64,000 nt of DNA from a candidate division WWE3 bacterium UBA1379 (GCA_002305475.1 DBRB01000003.1:13360-77359), one strand, 5' to 3'. Shown: positions 9,889 through 20,400, numbered from the stretch's first letter. Numbers and translations are program-made. The notes: generated by a model from the sequence alone, not told the origin.

Positions 9889-10569
9889 TTATTCTTCAAA
9901 TTCAGTAGGAATTTCAAGTTCCGGTTCATCAATTGAACCTGGTTTAATGTAAGGTTTAACTTCCTGGCGTTCTCCCTTGAATACAGGAATTGATGATCTG
10001 AGAAGTATATTAATGGATTTATCCTTTCCGTTAACAAAATTAGCTGATAAGGTTCCTTCTTGTTCTTTTACTTTATTCATTTTGTTTACAATATCTCCCT
10101 TTAATGAGGAAACCAAAAGATAATCTCCATGTGAGTCTTTCTTATAAAAGTCGGTTTTATTCTTGTATACTTTTACTTCCAGGGCTTCTGCAGGGGCAAA
10201 GCTATCAGCGGAGATCCTTTTAGCAGTAATTTCCATATTTACACTGGCTGTTGTACCTGGTTCTTTAATCAGGCTTTTTGGATCAACTGCTGTATTACCG
10301 TTTCTGTCATGTCTTTCTTCTTTTGCCAGCTTGAGATTTTTTAAAGCCACCGCATTAATTGGGTCTACTTCCAGGACCTCTTTAAAGATCTTTTTAGCCT
10401 TATTGAACTCTTTGGTCTGAAGATATGCGCGTCCTAAACGATTTTTTGCATCTATGTTATTGGGGAGTTTTTCTAATATTGCAAGATTGAGATGTATAGC
10501 TTCTTTCCAGCATCCTTTTAACGATGCCTCTATTGCCTTTTTGGTGAGGGCAGACGTACTGTCTTGCAT
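9889..10569 (-). CDS. TPR-repeat protein
   Basis: N-terminal TPRs (AKNRLGRAY...AKKIFKEVLEVDPINAVA). Confidence 0.85.
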   Translation of the reverse strand: MQDSTSALTKKAIEASLKGCWKEAIHLNLAILEKLPNNIDAKNRLGRAYLQTKEFNKAKKIFKEVLEVDPINAVALKNLKLAKEERHDRNGNTAVDPKSLIKEPGTTASVNMEITAKRISADSFAPAEALEVKVYKNKTDFYKKDSHGDYLLVSSLKGDIVNKMNKVKEQEGTLSANFVNGKDKSINILLRSSIPVFKGERQEVKPYIKPGSIDEPELEIPTEFEE

Positions 10570-10637
10570 GAGTAGGAAGATATCAAATTTAATGAGGATG
10601 TCAAGAGTTTATATAATTATGAAATTAAATAGTTTAT

Positions 10638-10670
10638 ATGCCCTCAGGAAAAGTCAATTCCGGAGGGCAT
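10638..10670. repeat. Inverted repeat in the TPR/yebC intergenic region
   Basis: ATGCCCTCAGGAA-N7-TTCCGGAGGGCAT (12/13 match). Confidence 0.6.
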
Positions 10671-10955
10671 ATATTTTTTGGATTAGGTAGTCCACTAAAC
10701 TCTGATTGTAACTCTATAAACAGTACGACAATGGGTAATAGTCATGGAATCACCGAAAAAGCTAATTTATTCAACCGTTCAAATAACTTATCCTCCCTTG
10801 CATCAGCTGTGATGTTATTATTTGGTGTATAGCCTTGAGTGTTGATTATTTTTAGAACTACTATATAAATTGTTGGATTTTTCAATATACCTATGGCCAT
10901 TACAACAAGAAACGTCAATTGGATTGTTGGAAGTCAAAGTGTTATCATTCAGTCT

Positions 10956-11498
10956 ATGAGTGGACATTCACACTGGGCAACAACAAAACGAGATAAGTTC
11001 GCTGCTGATGCAAAAAGAAGCAAAATATTTTCTTCGGTGAGTAGAAAGATTACTGTGGCTGCAAAAGAGGGTGGGGGAGACCCCTCAGCCAATCCGACTC
11101 TCAGACTAGCTATTGAAAAGGCTAAAGAAGCAAATATGCCTAAGGACAGAATTCAAAGGGCTATTGATAAGGGAACCGGACGAGGATCTTTGGGTCAGAC
11201 GTTTGAAGAAGTAGTATATGAAGGATATGGTCCTATGGGTGCTGCTTTCTATGTAAGAGCTATTACAGATAACAAGAACAGAACCGTAGCAGAGATAAGA
11301 AATATTTTCAGCAGAGCTGGCGGTTCAATGGGTGGTGCTGGAAGCACAGCATATATATTTGGGGATCCGGAAAACCCTTCCTTTTTGGTAGATGTTGAAG
11401 ATAGGAGTATGGCAGAAAAACTGGATGCATTGTATGATGAACTGGATGAACACGATGATATTCAGGCAGTATACTCTAACTACAAAGCTATTTCTTAA
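10956..11498 (+). CDS. yebC: YebC/PmpR-family protein, shortened
   Basis: [41 protein letters not shown]. Confidence 0.93.
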   Translation: MSGHSHWATTKRDKFAADAKRSKIFSSVSRKITVAAKEGGGDPSANPTLRLAIEKAKEANMPKDRIQRAIDKGTGRGSLGQTFEEVVYEGYGPMGAAFYVRAITDNKNRTVAEIRNIFSRAGGSMGGAGSTAYIFGDPENPSFLVDVEDRSMAEKLDALYDELDEHDDIQAVYSNYKAIS

Positions 11499-11518
11499 TG
11501 ATTCTGCAATAGATTATT

Positions 11519-12001
11519 ATGATTGTTTTAGGCATTGATCCTGGTACCGCACGTACCGGATACGCTATCGTACAACTTAAAAGCAAACCGATATTAATAG
11601 AGTCAGACACCATCATAACTCCTGCAGGGATTGATATGCCAAAGAGGTTGAAAATGCTGTATCGTGAGATGACTGATCTGGTAAAAAAGCACTCTCCGGA
11701 TGTAATGGTAATTGAAAGATTGTTTTTTAATACAAATGCAAAAACAGCTATTGCAGTAGGGCAGTCAAGAGGTGTAACCATGCTTGTTGCAGCAAATAAG
11801 AATTTGATGGTGGCGGAATATACCGCACTGGAAGCAAAGCTGGCATTAACCGGTTACGGACGTTCAGATAAAAAACAAGTGCAGGAAGCCGTAAAAAAGT
11901 ATCTGGGTCTGGATAAAATAGTTAAGTCTGATGATGCCAATGATGCAGTTGCCATAGCTCTGTGTTATCTTAAAAAGGAGTTCGCAGAGATATTTGTATG
12001 A
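11519..12001 (+). CDS. ruvC: Holliday junction resolvase RuvC
   Basis: LGIDPG, IERLFF, GYGRSDKKQV, DDANDAVAIA. Confidence 0.95.
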   Translation: MIVLGIDPGTARTGYAIVQLKSKPILIESDTIITPAGIDMPKRLKMLYREMTDLVKKHSPDVMVIERLFFNTNAKTAIAVGQSRGVTMLVAANKNLMVAEYTALEAKLALTGYGRSDKKQVQEAVKKYLGLDKIVKSDDANDAVAIALCYLKKEFAEIFV

Positions 12002-12780
12002 TCTTACTAGATAAGAAATTCAGATATTTTATTCATTCTGTTGTCGTACTGCTATCGATATATCTGTTTTCTAAGGATTATGATTTTAAATATGCAATCC
12101 TAGCGATGGTGATTGCAGTTATGGGTACGGTCTTTGTTCATTATCCTAATGTAAATTGGAAGAATTTTTTTCTGAGTAATATTCTGCCTGCTCATCTGGT
12201 ATCTGGCACACTTCTTTCTCTTTATTATTTTCCAAACTTAGCATTGCCGGTAGAAATATTATTTATGTTATGTGCTGGAGCAGGATTCTATCTAGTATCT
12301 CTGGTTAATAATGTTTTTCTGGTGGTAGAGGATAAAAAAGAAATCATTCCTTTATATAGAGTAGCAGTAACTTGGAGTCAGATAATATTTGTTACGGTAT
12401 CTATTCCATTTTTTGCAGGAGTATTTAAATTACCGACAAATTCAATATTCCAGAATCTGATATCAACATTTTCAGCGATATCTTTCTCAACATATCTTAT
12501 TTGGATTTTGCATTTTGATCCCGATGTTAAGAAGGCTAGGGGATTGGAAATTGTAATATTGAATCTATTGAACGGTTTTTTTGTCTTTACCTCCGGCATA
12601 AGCTCTTCTTTTATCCCTGTTGAATCATTCCTAAGAGCTCTTTTTGTTTCATCAGTACTGATGTTTGGGATTAGCTACATCAGCTCACACTTAAAAAATA
12701 GTGTAACAAAACGCTCTCTTACGGAATCCATTATAATTACATTCGTATTTTTTGCGTTATTGTTGATATTTCAGGTATAA
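11998..12780 (+). CDS. Multi-pass membrane protein
   Basis: About 8-9 hydrophobic segments; overlaps the ruvC stop (ATGA). Confidence 0.8.
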   Translation: MILLDKKFRYFIHSVVVLLSIYLFSKDYDFKYAILAMVIAVMGTVFVHYPNVNWKNFFLSNILPAHLVSGTLLSLYYFPNLALPVEILFMLCAGAGFYLVSLVNNVFLVVEDKKEIIPLYRVAVTWSQIIFVTVSIPFFAGVFKLPTNSIFQNLISTFSAISFSTYLIWILHFDPDVKKARGLEIVILNLLNGFFVFTSGISSSFIPVESFLRALFVSSVLMFGISYISSHLKNSVTKRSLTESIIITFVFFALLLIFQV

Positions 12781-12895
12781 AACGACATCAAATAGGCTAG
12801 GGAAGAGGGGAGTAGGGGCTCCGGACCGTGGGGTTGGGGATAAAACCTTAAATTTATTATCATACTATAGGATAGACTGCTAACCTATAGTATAA

Positions 12896-13020
12896 TTGTC
12901 ATATATTTTTTGTAGGATTGTCATAGTATTTAAATTAATTAATACGATGTCGCTCTAACAATTCTTTAACATTATACCCTGTAGTATTGTCATACTTTTC
13001 TCTGTAGGGTTGTCATACTT
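12896..13020 (+). repeat. Four direct repeats of TTGTCATA (TGTAGNRTTGTCATA in three copies)
   Basis: Copies start at 12896, 12918, 12987 and 13010, forming two pairs spaced 22 and 23 bp. Confidence 0.75.
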
Positions 13021-13280
13021 TCCCGAGATAGAGGAATGTGGATATCTTTTTACGCATCAGAAGCCTTCTACGGTTAAAAACGATACTGTGACAGCCTGAG
13101 AGAATTATTCAATTATAAGAAATATATTCCGCAATAAAATAAAAAATATATAAATAAATAATCTATTAATAGGAAATGATCGTGTAATATTTCTATTTAT
13201 TCTCCCCTCATAAATGATATATCTCTTTTTATATCCGGTAAACATGCCTTTGGCGGTCCTATTAGGATTCCCGGGATACA

Positions 13281-13308
13281 ATGTCGTTAAACCGACATTA
13301 TACGAAGT
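13281..13308. other. Candidate dif (Xer recombination) site
   Basis: 11-6-11 layout ATGTCGTTAAA-ccgaca-TTATACGAAGT. The reverse complement of the right arm, ACTTCGTATAA, is an XerC-type arm. It lies ~0.8 kb from the xer gene. Confidence 0.6.
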
Positions 13309-13652
13309 CTCAGATCTCGGACTGTATCGATCCCCTCCGCTGTTTTGTATTCAAAAAAATAACTACCTATTTAAAAAATAAAATAAGAAAAAAACAATCG
13401 AAAATATTTTATTGATTTTATTTACCTATTATTAATTACCTTTTAATTTTTTATTTACTGAAAAATTATTGCTCATTTCCCTAACAATTTTCCCGCAAAT
13501 ATTTATCCTGCCATTTACACAAACTTCTCTCCCCTACTATTCCTTACTGCTACAAGGATTACCTATTATTACTAATGATTAATTTAATTATTAATTTATA
13601 ATTAAATAGAAACTAGTAGACAGCCATAATATATAAAGAAAAAGGAGAGGTT

Positions 13653-13958
13653 ATGGAAGATGAGATGCTGACTCGGCTGGCTCTAAAGACAGGTCTATGT
13701 GTCAGGATAAGAGGACTGGGCAAGAAAGGCGTTGTAATTCTTCCTGTGGAGCGTGTAGTTATAGAGGAGGGTGTAGATGGAGGTAAAGCTGTATATCTGG
13801 TATTAACACCTCATCTCTTACTGGAAAATCCCGTTATTGTTAATTATAGAGATGTAATTAACTGGGTGAACAAACATTGTGAAGCAAATATGAATTGGGC
13901 GGTTTTAGGTGAAGATGGAAGAGTGCATGTGGATTGTTTTAAAACAATTTCGAAATAA
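13653..13958 (+). CDS. Orphan hypothetical protein
   Basis: SD AAGGAGAGG, 101 aa, followed by a terminator. Confidence 0.7.
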   Translation: MEDEMLTRLALKTGLCVRIRGLGKKGVVILPVERVVIEEGVDGGKAVYLVLTPHLLLENPVIVNYRDVINWVNKHCEANMNWAVLGEDGRVHVDCFKTISK

Positions 13959-13985
13959 AAAATGGCTGAAATATTTTTTTACCAA

Positions 13986-14026
13986 GCCGGTTAGAACATC
14001 CGATGTTTCTGACCGGCAGTTTTTTT
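13986..14026 (+). terminator. Rho-independent terminator
   Basis: GCCGGTTAGAA...TTCTGACCGGC plus a T-run. Confidence 0.75.
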
Positions 14027-14143
14027 ATGGTAATATTAATTTAGTGAGTATTTACTGTAGGTATGAATCGGTTTTTCGGCGTGGTTGAGCCAATATCCCG
14101 AATCAGGCCCCAGAATGCCCCAGAATCAATTTTTATTTTTAAG

Positions 14144-15109
14144 ATGAGTAAAGTATCGTCTAAAACAAGTATAAGTGATCTGATTATCCGTTATCTTGAG
14201 CATTGTGAGGTAGAAAAGAACCTCTCACAGAATACCATCAAGATGTATCATTTTTATCTGAATGATTTTGCCGACTGGAGTTCAAAATTTTTAGACAAGG
14301 AATATATTATTTCATCTGACATTGATAGCGAGTTGATTAAAAAATACCGATTAGATTTAAATCGTAGAATCAGTTCAAAGTCCAATGAGGAGTTTAAACG
14401 TTCAACGCAAAAAACATTTCTGGTGGCCCTCAGAGCCTTTCTGAAGTATCTGATTGTAGAAGAAGGTTTGCAGGTACTACCTCCCGATCAGATTATTCTG
14501 GGAAAGTCTGAGGATAGGATACCTAAGGTATTGGAAGAAGATCAATTAAAGAAGTTGTTGGAAGTACAGGACCTAAATAAAAAATCTGGTCTTAGAGATA
14601 AGGCTATCCTTGTTACCTTATTTAGTACCGGTCTTAGGGTCAGTGAGCTGGTGAAACTGAATATTGAGGATATCAACCTGGAAACCGGAGAATTTCCGGT
14701 GATCGGAAAGGGACGTAAGGTCAGAACCGTCTATTTAAGTCCTGCAGCCATAGATTGTATACGTCGTTATTTAAATACGCGTCACGACCCGTTTAAACCG
14801 CTCTTTCTTAGGTATAGTGGCAAACATATGGCTCCCCAGGACTTTGAAGGAGAGTCATTAAGATTAACAGTTAGAAGTGTACAAAGACTGGTAAAAAAGT
14901 ATGTACTGCGTGCCGGTATAGCTGTTGATGCCACACCACATACTCTCCGACATACATATGCAACAGACCTTTTAAGAAACGGTGCCGATCTCAGATCCGT
15001 TCAGGAGCTTTTGGGTCATTCCAATGTCTCCACTACTCAGATATATACTCATGTTACCAATAAACAGCTCAAAGAAATCCATAAGAAATTCCACAAGGAT
15101 ATTGAATAA
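14144..15109 (+). CDS. Xer-type tyrosine recombinase
   Basis: RD.A...LFSTGLRVSEL, GKGRKVR, TPHTLRHTYAT, LLGHSNVSTTQIYTH (R-K-H-R-H-Y). Start at MSKVSS. Confidence 0.93.
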   Translation: MSKVSSKTSISDLIIRYLEHCEVEKNLSQNTIKMYHFYLNDFADWSSKFLDKEYIISSDIDSELIKKYRLDLNRRISSKSNEEFKRSTQKTFLVALRAFLKYLIVEEGLQVLPPDQIILGKSEDRIPKVLEEDQLKKLLEVQDLNKKSGLRDKAILVTLFSTGLRVSELVKLNIEDINLETGEFPVIGKGRKVRTVYLSPAAIDCIRRYLNTRHDPFKPLFLRYSGKHMAPQDFEGESLRLTVRSVQRLVKKYVLRAGIAVDATPHTLRHTYATDLLRNGADLRSVQELLGHSNVSTTQIYTHVTNKQLKEIHKKFHKDIE

Positions 15110-15237
15110 AAAGTTGCATTGACATATTAATAAGTGATAACCTACACAGGGTTTAAATATAAGGCCCGGTAATAGTACTATAGGTTACAGACAGCGTTCT
15201 CTTTTCTACATAACAATATATTGTAAGGAGGTATCCC

Positions 15238-15543
15238 ATGACTTACAGACTTGCTTCAGATAGTAAGCAGTCTCCTGGTAATGGATCGAATGCTTTTCTC
15301 TGTTGGCGTGCCAGAATGTCTATGGAGGAGCTACAAAGGGTTTTGGAGGAGATTGGTATAGATCTCAGTGAAATTTCTTACTTAAAAGAGATAAGAACAG
15401 GAGATTATATTCTGTTTTTCAAAGATTCTGTTGAAGGTTTGAAACTTATTGAATATAACAGAAAAATGGGATCAAAATCATCTTTTATTCCTCTAAGAAG
15501 TAAAAGTGGAATGAAAATGATCAAAGGGACGAATAAAAGATAG
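15238..15543 (+). CDS. Orphan hypothetical protein
   Basis: SD AAGGAGGT and an upstream TTGACA; hairpin terminator at ~15563-15600. Confidence 0.65.
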   Translation: MTYRLASDSKQSPGNGSNAFLCWRARMSMEELQRVLEEIGIDLSEISYLKEIRTGDYILFFKDSVEGLKLIEYNRKMGSKSSFIPLRSKSGMKMIKGTNKR

Positions 15544-15614
15544 TTAAGAGAGACCAATAAAAGGGGTTCTTAAGTTGTTATATTACGATTTGAGAACCTT
15601 TAATTATTAATACA

Positions 15615-16694
15615 CTATATATTAAGTACCGCCACTACATCGTGAGCTCCGTTTTCTTTTAGACCTCCCGCTGTAACTCTCACAAATTTTGCTTTAGTCC
15701 ATGCTTCTTCAATAGTTCTTGCCCCGATATAGCTCAAGCCAGATCTGACACCGGCTAGAATCCCCTCCACATAAGGAGCTAAAGGACCTTTGTATTCAAT
15801 TAAAGAACTAATACCTTCAATCTGTATTGTGTAGTTTTTATTCTTATCTGAAGCATCTTTTTCCACATGTATTTTCTTTTCGGTCAAGGATGCTGATCCG
15901 TTATATGTCTTTAAAATCTTTCCGTCTACTTCCACCTTTTTTCCTGGTGCTTCATCTGTTCCGGCGAAAAGAAACCCACAAACGACAGCTGATGCTCCCG
16001 CCGCTAATGCTTTAACTATATCCCCCGATCCTCTAATACCGGCATCCGGCATGAATGTTTTTCCATGTTTTCTTGCTGCTTTTGATACTTCTATTAAAGA
16101 TGCAAATCCCGGTAAACCGCATCCCGTTACCAATCTGGTTGAACAAATCGGGCTGGCACCTATTCCCACCAGTATTGCATCTGCTCCGGCATTATATAAA
16201 TCTACAGCACATTCAGCTGTGGCGGCAATACCGGATAGTATGGTAATGTGATCCCCGAATCGGTTTTTGATTGCTTTGGTAACTTCAATAGTCTTTTTCA
16301 TATGTCCGTGGGCCACATCAATGTCCAGTACAGTAGCTCCGGCATTTACTAATGCTTCCGCTCTTTCCATATATCCTTCTTTAACCCCGATAGCCGCAGC
16401 AGTAATCTGTTCTGCTTTAGCAACCTGATTGGCCTTATCTGCCTGTTTTTCAATGGAGTCAAACCTGGGAAGAATACCCATACCACCCAATTTTCCTAAA
16501 GCTATAGCCATCTCAACACCCGTAACACTGTCCATTTTCGTGCTGATTAAAGGTATTTTTAAAGTTAAGTTAGGAGAGATTTTTGTAGTGAGATTTACCT
16601 CACTTCGGGAGTCAATATCCGAATATTGAGGTACAAGTAACACGTCATCATATGATAATGCCAGGGGGAATTCATTGTCCACGTGAATTATCAT
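15615..16694 (-). CDS. guaB: IMP dehydrogenase/GMP reductase family protein lacking CBS domains
   Basis: LSYDDVLLVP, MDSVT, IDVAHGH, GIGASPICSTR, GDIVKALAAGA. Confidence 0.85.
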   Translation of the reverse strand: MIIHVDNEFPLALSYDDVLLVPQYSDIDSRSEVNLTTKISPNLTLKIPLISTKMDSVTGVEMAIALGKLGGMGILPRFDSIEKQADKANQVAKAEQITAAAIGVKEGYMERAEALVNAGATVLDIDVAHGHMKKTIEVTKAIKNRFGDHITILSGIAATAECAVDLYNAGADAILVGIGASPICSTRLVTGCGLPGFASLIEVSKAARKHGKTFMPDAGIRGSGDIVKALAAGASAVVCGFLFAGTDEAPGKKVEVDGKILKTYNGSASLTEKKIHVEKDASDKNKNYTIQIEGISSLIEYKGPLAPYVEGILAGVRSGLSYIGARTIEEAWTKAKFVRVTAGGLKENGAHDVVAVLNI

Positions 16695-17359
16695 ATCATA
16701 GATTTGATAGGTTCAAAAGATTTTCTGTGCAGATCGCATATTCCATAATCGTGTATTACTTTCAAGTGGTTTTTTGTGCCGTATCCCTTGTGCTCATCAA
16801 ATCGGTATATACGGTAGATTTCCCGTGTATTATGCAATTCAGTCATCAGCTCATCCCGAAAGACTTTGGCGATGATTGATGCTGCAGCAATTGTAATACT
16901 TTGTGCGTCACCCGAAATAATATTAGTCTGATACACCTCGGGTAAAGCATTAATTTTAAAGGCATCTGTTAATACATGATCAGGTTTTTGTTTTAAGTTT
17001 TTTATTGCATTAAAAAATCCTATCTGAGTACTTTTTGTGATCCCCCATTCATCAAGCTGATGGTTCTGTATGATTTCAAAAGAATAGGATAAGGCATGAA
17101 TTTTAATAAAATCAGAAAGTTCTTTCCGTTTTTTCGCTGTGAGTTTTTTTGAATCTTTGATGTCTGAATAAAGTTTTAATGTTTCTACCAGGTCATTAAC
17201 TGATTCAACGTCGTTATTTATCATCCTTAAGTGTTTGGGGTTTAATATTACGGCTCCGATAACCATCGGCCCTGCCAGGCATCCCCTGCCCACTTCATCC
17301 ACGCCTGCAATTAAGTTCACACCATTATTGAATAGTGATAATTCATGATTAAGCATCAT
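16691..17359 (-). CDS. rnhB: Ribonuclease HII
   Basis: AGVDEVGRGCLAGP, DSKKL, IAAASIIAKVFRD, HKGYGT, HRKSF. Start moved to MMLNHE. Confidence 0.95.
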   Translation of the reverse strand: MMLNHELSLFNNGVNLIAGVDEVGRGCLAGPMVIGAVILNPKHLRMINNDVESVNDLVETLKLYSDIKDSKKLTAKKRKELSDFIKIHALSYSFEIIQNHQLDEWGITKSTQIGFFNAIKNLKQKPDHVLTDAFKINALPEVYQTNIISGDAQSITIAAASIIAKVFRDELMTELHNTREIYRIYRFDEHKGYGTKNHLKVIHDYGICDLHRKSFEPIKSMI

Positions 17360-17424
17360 TTGTATTTTAACAGATACCGTGGAAGAAGATTTATACTCCT
17401 TTCCACGGTATAGTCTAGTGTCTG

Positions 17425-17716
17425 TTACGTTATTAGAGGTGGCAGAAGTTCTGAAGGGTTGCCGTCTTTTGATATCAGCCATGCCCTTTTTGCAAGAGAA
17501 ATTGCACTATCTTTTGAGCTTTCTACTAGATACAGATACGGCGGTTTACCTTCCAGTTGTACTTTTTCCACATCATTAGGGATGACGAAAGACACATTGC
17601 TGACAATTCTTTTGTTGTCTGACTGTACTATATATCCCTGAATATATATACTCTCCTGATGTTTTTACTGTCGGATTAAATTCATATCCCGGTACCGAAC
17701 ATGTAATTGTGACCAT
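17425..17716 (-). pseudogene. Frameshifted ~97-aa orphan gene (absent from the ORF track)
   Basis: SD GGGAGAG plus ATG gives MVTITCSVPGYEFNPTVKTSGEYIY. After a +1 shift at the (TA)n tract 17642-17650 it reads IQGYIVQSDNKRIVSNVSFVIPNDVEKVQLEGKPPYLYLVE...PPLIT*. Confidence 0.55.
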
Positions 17717-17811
17717 AATCACTCTCCCAGATTAGATTTACGATTTATGATGGGATAACAATATCTTATAAATGAAAGTATTTATTAAAGTTTGAGTTAA
17801 GGAATAGAGGT

Positions 17812-20400
17812 TTATTCTTCGCCGTTTCCGTTACCTTCCGGTTCATCTTCTAGCAAAGCTACAGAGGTTACTCGATCACCCTCATCAATTCTGATCAGAC
17901 GTACACCCACAGTTGCTCTTCCCAGTTTTGGAACCTGAGAGCTTGATAATCTGATCACTTTTCCACTGGTAGTGGCAATCAGAAGATCACTCTTTGTATC
18001 GTGAGCCTGCCCTCTTGCGGTAACCAGTTGTCCGGTTTTTTCCGTTACCTTATAAGTAAGAATACCCGATCCTCCCCTATTTTGTACTTTATATTCACTC
18101 AAAGAAGTTCTCTTGCCAAATCCCCGGGAAGTTACGACCAATAGATCCATTTTTGTACTGCTTTTGGGAATTATTACGGTACCTACAACACAATCACCCT
18201 CTTTAGCCAATCTGATCCCTGTCACACCGGCAGCGGCTCTTCCCATCGGTCTGACATCATCCTCACTGAATCTGATCGACTGTCCCTGAGATGTAGTTAA
18301 GAGAATATCATCCGTACCGCTGGAAAATCCTACACTGGTAAGATAATCATCTGATGCCAGTTTTATTGCTAGAATACCGTTGCTTCGAATATTGGCGAAC
18401 TCTTCTAGTGAAGTCTTTTTTACCTGCCCCTTTTGAGTAACAAATACCACGTATCCTTCTCCACTATCCAGAGTATCTGCAGATATGGTCAAAAATTCTT
18501 CGACTTTTTCACGTTGTGAAATATTTAAAAAGTTTACAAGAGCAGTTCCTTTAGCCGTTCTTGAGCTTTCAGGTATTTCCCATATTCTTAATTTATAAAC
18601 CTTTCCTGTATTGGTAAAGAAGAATGCATAGTCATGTGTGGAACAGGTCTTTATTGTTGCAACCTCATCTTCTTCTCGTAGAGTCTGACCACTGATACCT
18701 TTACCTCCCCTGCTCTGTTTTCGGTAGGTATCTTCCTTAAGTCTTTTGATATATCCGTTTTCACTGATAGTGATGATACATGTTTCATCTACTACCAAAT
18801 CTTCTTCAGTTAATTCTCCGACCTTACCTTTTACAACTTTGGTTCTTCTGGTATCACCGTATTGTTCTTTCAATTCGATCATCCCATTTTTTACGATTTC
18901 AATTACTCTTTGTGGGGAAACTAAGATATCTTCGTAATCCTTGATGGTAAGCTGAATCTGCTTTAATTCATCCTCAATTTTCTGTCTTTCCAGTGCTGCC
19001 AGTCTTCTTAATTGCATGTCCAGGATTGCCTGAGCCTGTATCTCGGATAGTCCGAATTTTTCCATTAAACCAGTCTTTGCAGTATCTACATCCTTACTGC
19101 TTCTGATTAGCTTAATAACGGCATCCAGGTTATCAAGGGCTATTTTTAACCCAAGTAGGATATGTTCTCTTTCTTTTGCTTTTTTGAGTAAATATATTGT
19201 TCTTCTGACAACAATTTGCTGTCTATGCTTTATAAATTCTTCAAGAATTGTTTTTAATGGCATTAGCTTCGGTTCATTGTCCAGTAATGCCACCATATTT
19301 GCGTTAAAAGTATTTTGCAAAGAGGTATATTTATATAATTGGTTTTCGATTTTTTTCGGAACCGCCTCTTTTTTGAGTTCAATTACTACTCTAATACCCA
19401 ATCTGTTTGATTCGTCCCGCAAATCTGAGATGCCGTCTATCTTTTTATCTTTCACCAGGTCTGCAATTTTGGATACCAAAGTGGCTTTGTTAATCTGATA
19501 TGGGATTTCCGATACGATAATTCTGGTTTTCCCCTTTTTATCTTCTTCAATGTTCACTTTAGCACGAGTAACAACTTTACCCTTTCCGGTAGCATACATC
19601 TGTATTATCTCTTTTTGATCATAAATGATCCCTCCGGTTGGAAAATCCGGTCCTTTTATATACTGAATCAGATCTTCCACGGTGGCATCCGAGGAAAAGT
19701 CAGTTTTTACTATCTGCTCCGGATCATCTTTTTTGGGAGCTGTGCCAATATTATCAGCTTTATCAATCATAAAGATCATCCCATCCACAACTTCACCCAG
19801 GTTATGAGGTGGGATATTTGTTGCCATACCAACGGCAATACCTTGTGATCCGTTTAAAAGAATATTGGGAAGTAATGCAGGAAGATAAGTAGGTTCGTCA
19901 TTCTGGAGGTCATTCATCACAAAATCAACAGTGTCTTTATCTATATCGCCATACAATTCCTCAGCAATCTTTGCCAGCTTTGATTCTGTGTATCTCATGG
20001 CTGCCGGAGGATCTCCGTCGATTGAACCGAAATTACCCTGAGGAACAATTAACGGATATCTCAAGCTGAAATCTTGTCCCATACGAACCAGTGCATCATA
20101 AACAGACATATCACCGTGAGGATGATACTTTTTCAGCACTTCTCCTACCACAGCAGCACATTTATGGAATTTGCTGCTAAAGGTCATTCCCTGATCCTGC
20201 ATAGCGTAAATAATACGTCTGTGAACAGGTTTTAACCCGTCCCGTACATCAGGCAATGCCCTGGATACAATGACGCTCATAGCGTAATCCATATAGGCTT
20301 TTTCCATTTCTTCCGTGATATCTACGGGAAAAATGTTGCTTGGTGCTGGTGTCTTTTCATCTCCGTTTATTAAACTGGTTATACCATTCTTATCAGCCAT
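17812..20400 (-). CDS. gyrA: DNA gyrase subunit A
   Basis: [30 protein letters not shown] and the GyrA box QSRGGKG. Confidence 0.98.
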   Translation of the reverse strand: MADKNGITSLINGDEKTPAPSNIFPVDITEEMEKAYMDYAMSVIVSRALPDVRDGLKPVHRRIIYAMQDQGMTFSSKFHKCAAVVGEVLKKYHPHGDMSVYDALVRMGQDFSLRYPLIVPQGNFGSIDGDPPAAMRYTESKLAKIAEELYGDIDKDTVDFVMNDLQNDEPTYLPALLPNILLNGSQGIAVGMATNIPPHNLGEVVDGMIFMIDKADNIGTAPKKDDPEQIVKTDFSSDATVEDLIQYIKGPDFPTGGIIYDQKEIIQMYATGKGKVVTRAKVNIEEDKKGKTRIIVSEIPYQINKATLVSKIADLVKDKKIDGISDLRDESNRLGIRVVIELKKEAVPKKIENQLYKYTSLQNTFNANMVALLDNEPKLMPLKTILEEFIKHRQQIVVRRTIYLLKKAKEREHILLGLKIALDNLDAVIKLIRSSKDVDTAKTGLMEKFGLSEIQAQAILDMQLRRLAALERQKIEDELKQIQLTIKDYEDILVSPQRVIEIVKNGMIELKEQYGDTRRTKVVKGKVGELTEEDLVVDETCIITISENGYIKRLKEDTYRKQSRGGKGISGQTLREEDEVATIKTCSTHDYAFFFTNTGKVYKLRIWEIPESSRTAKGTALVNFLNISQREKVEEFLTISADTLDSGEGYVVFVTQKGQVKKTSLEEFANIRSNGILAIKLASDDYLTSVGFSSGTDDILLTTSQGQSIRFSEDDVRPMGRAAAGVTGIRLAKEGDCVVGTVIIPKSSTKMDLLVVTSRGFGKRTSLSEYKVQNRGGSGILTYKVTEKTGQLVTARGQAHDTKSDLLIATTSGKVIRLSSSQVPKLGRATVGVRLIRIDEGDRVTSVALLEDEPEGNGNGEE

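Noticed and set aside
12896-13020. CRISPR array
   Set aside because: The repeats are 8-21 bp with no 30-40-bp unique spacers, and there are no cas genes.
13294-13308. loxP site or vector contamination
   Set aside because: Only part of one loxP arm plus half the spacer matches (ACATTATACGAAGT). The second arm is absent and the context fits a dif-like site.
12780-13650. oriC in the large AT-rich gap
   Set aside because: No TTATCCACA DnaA boxes and no dnaA/dnaN were seen; core-gene polarity converges here, which fits a terminus.
13653-15543. Integron or prophage centred on the tyrosine recombinase
   Set aside because: The protein is Xer-like with no evident IntI-specific insertion. The flanking hairpins show G-U pairing or T-tails like terminators rather than attC sites, and there are no phage genes.
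17360-17482. N-terminal extension of RNase HII in the ORF track
   Set aside because: It does not resemble RNase HII, a TAAAAT -10 sits just before ATG 17359, and the region overlaps the frameshifted orphan.
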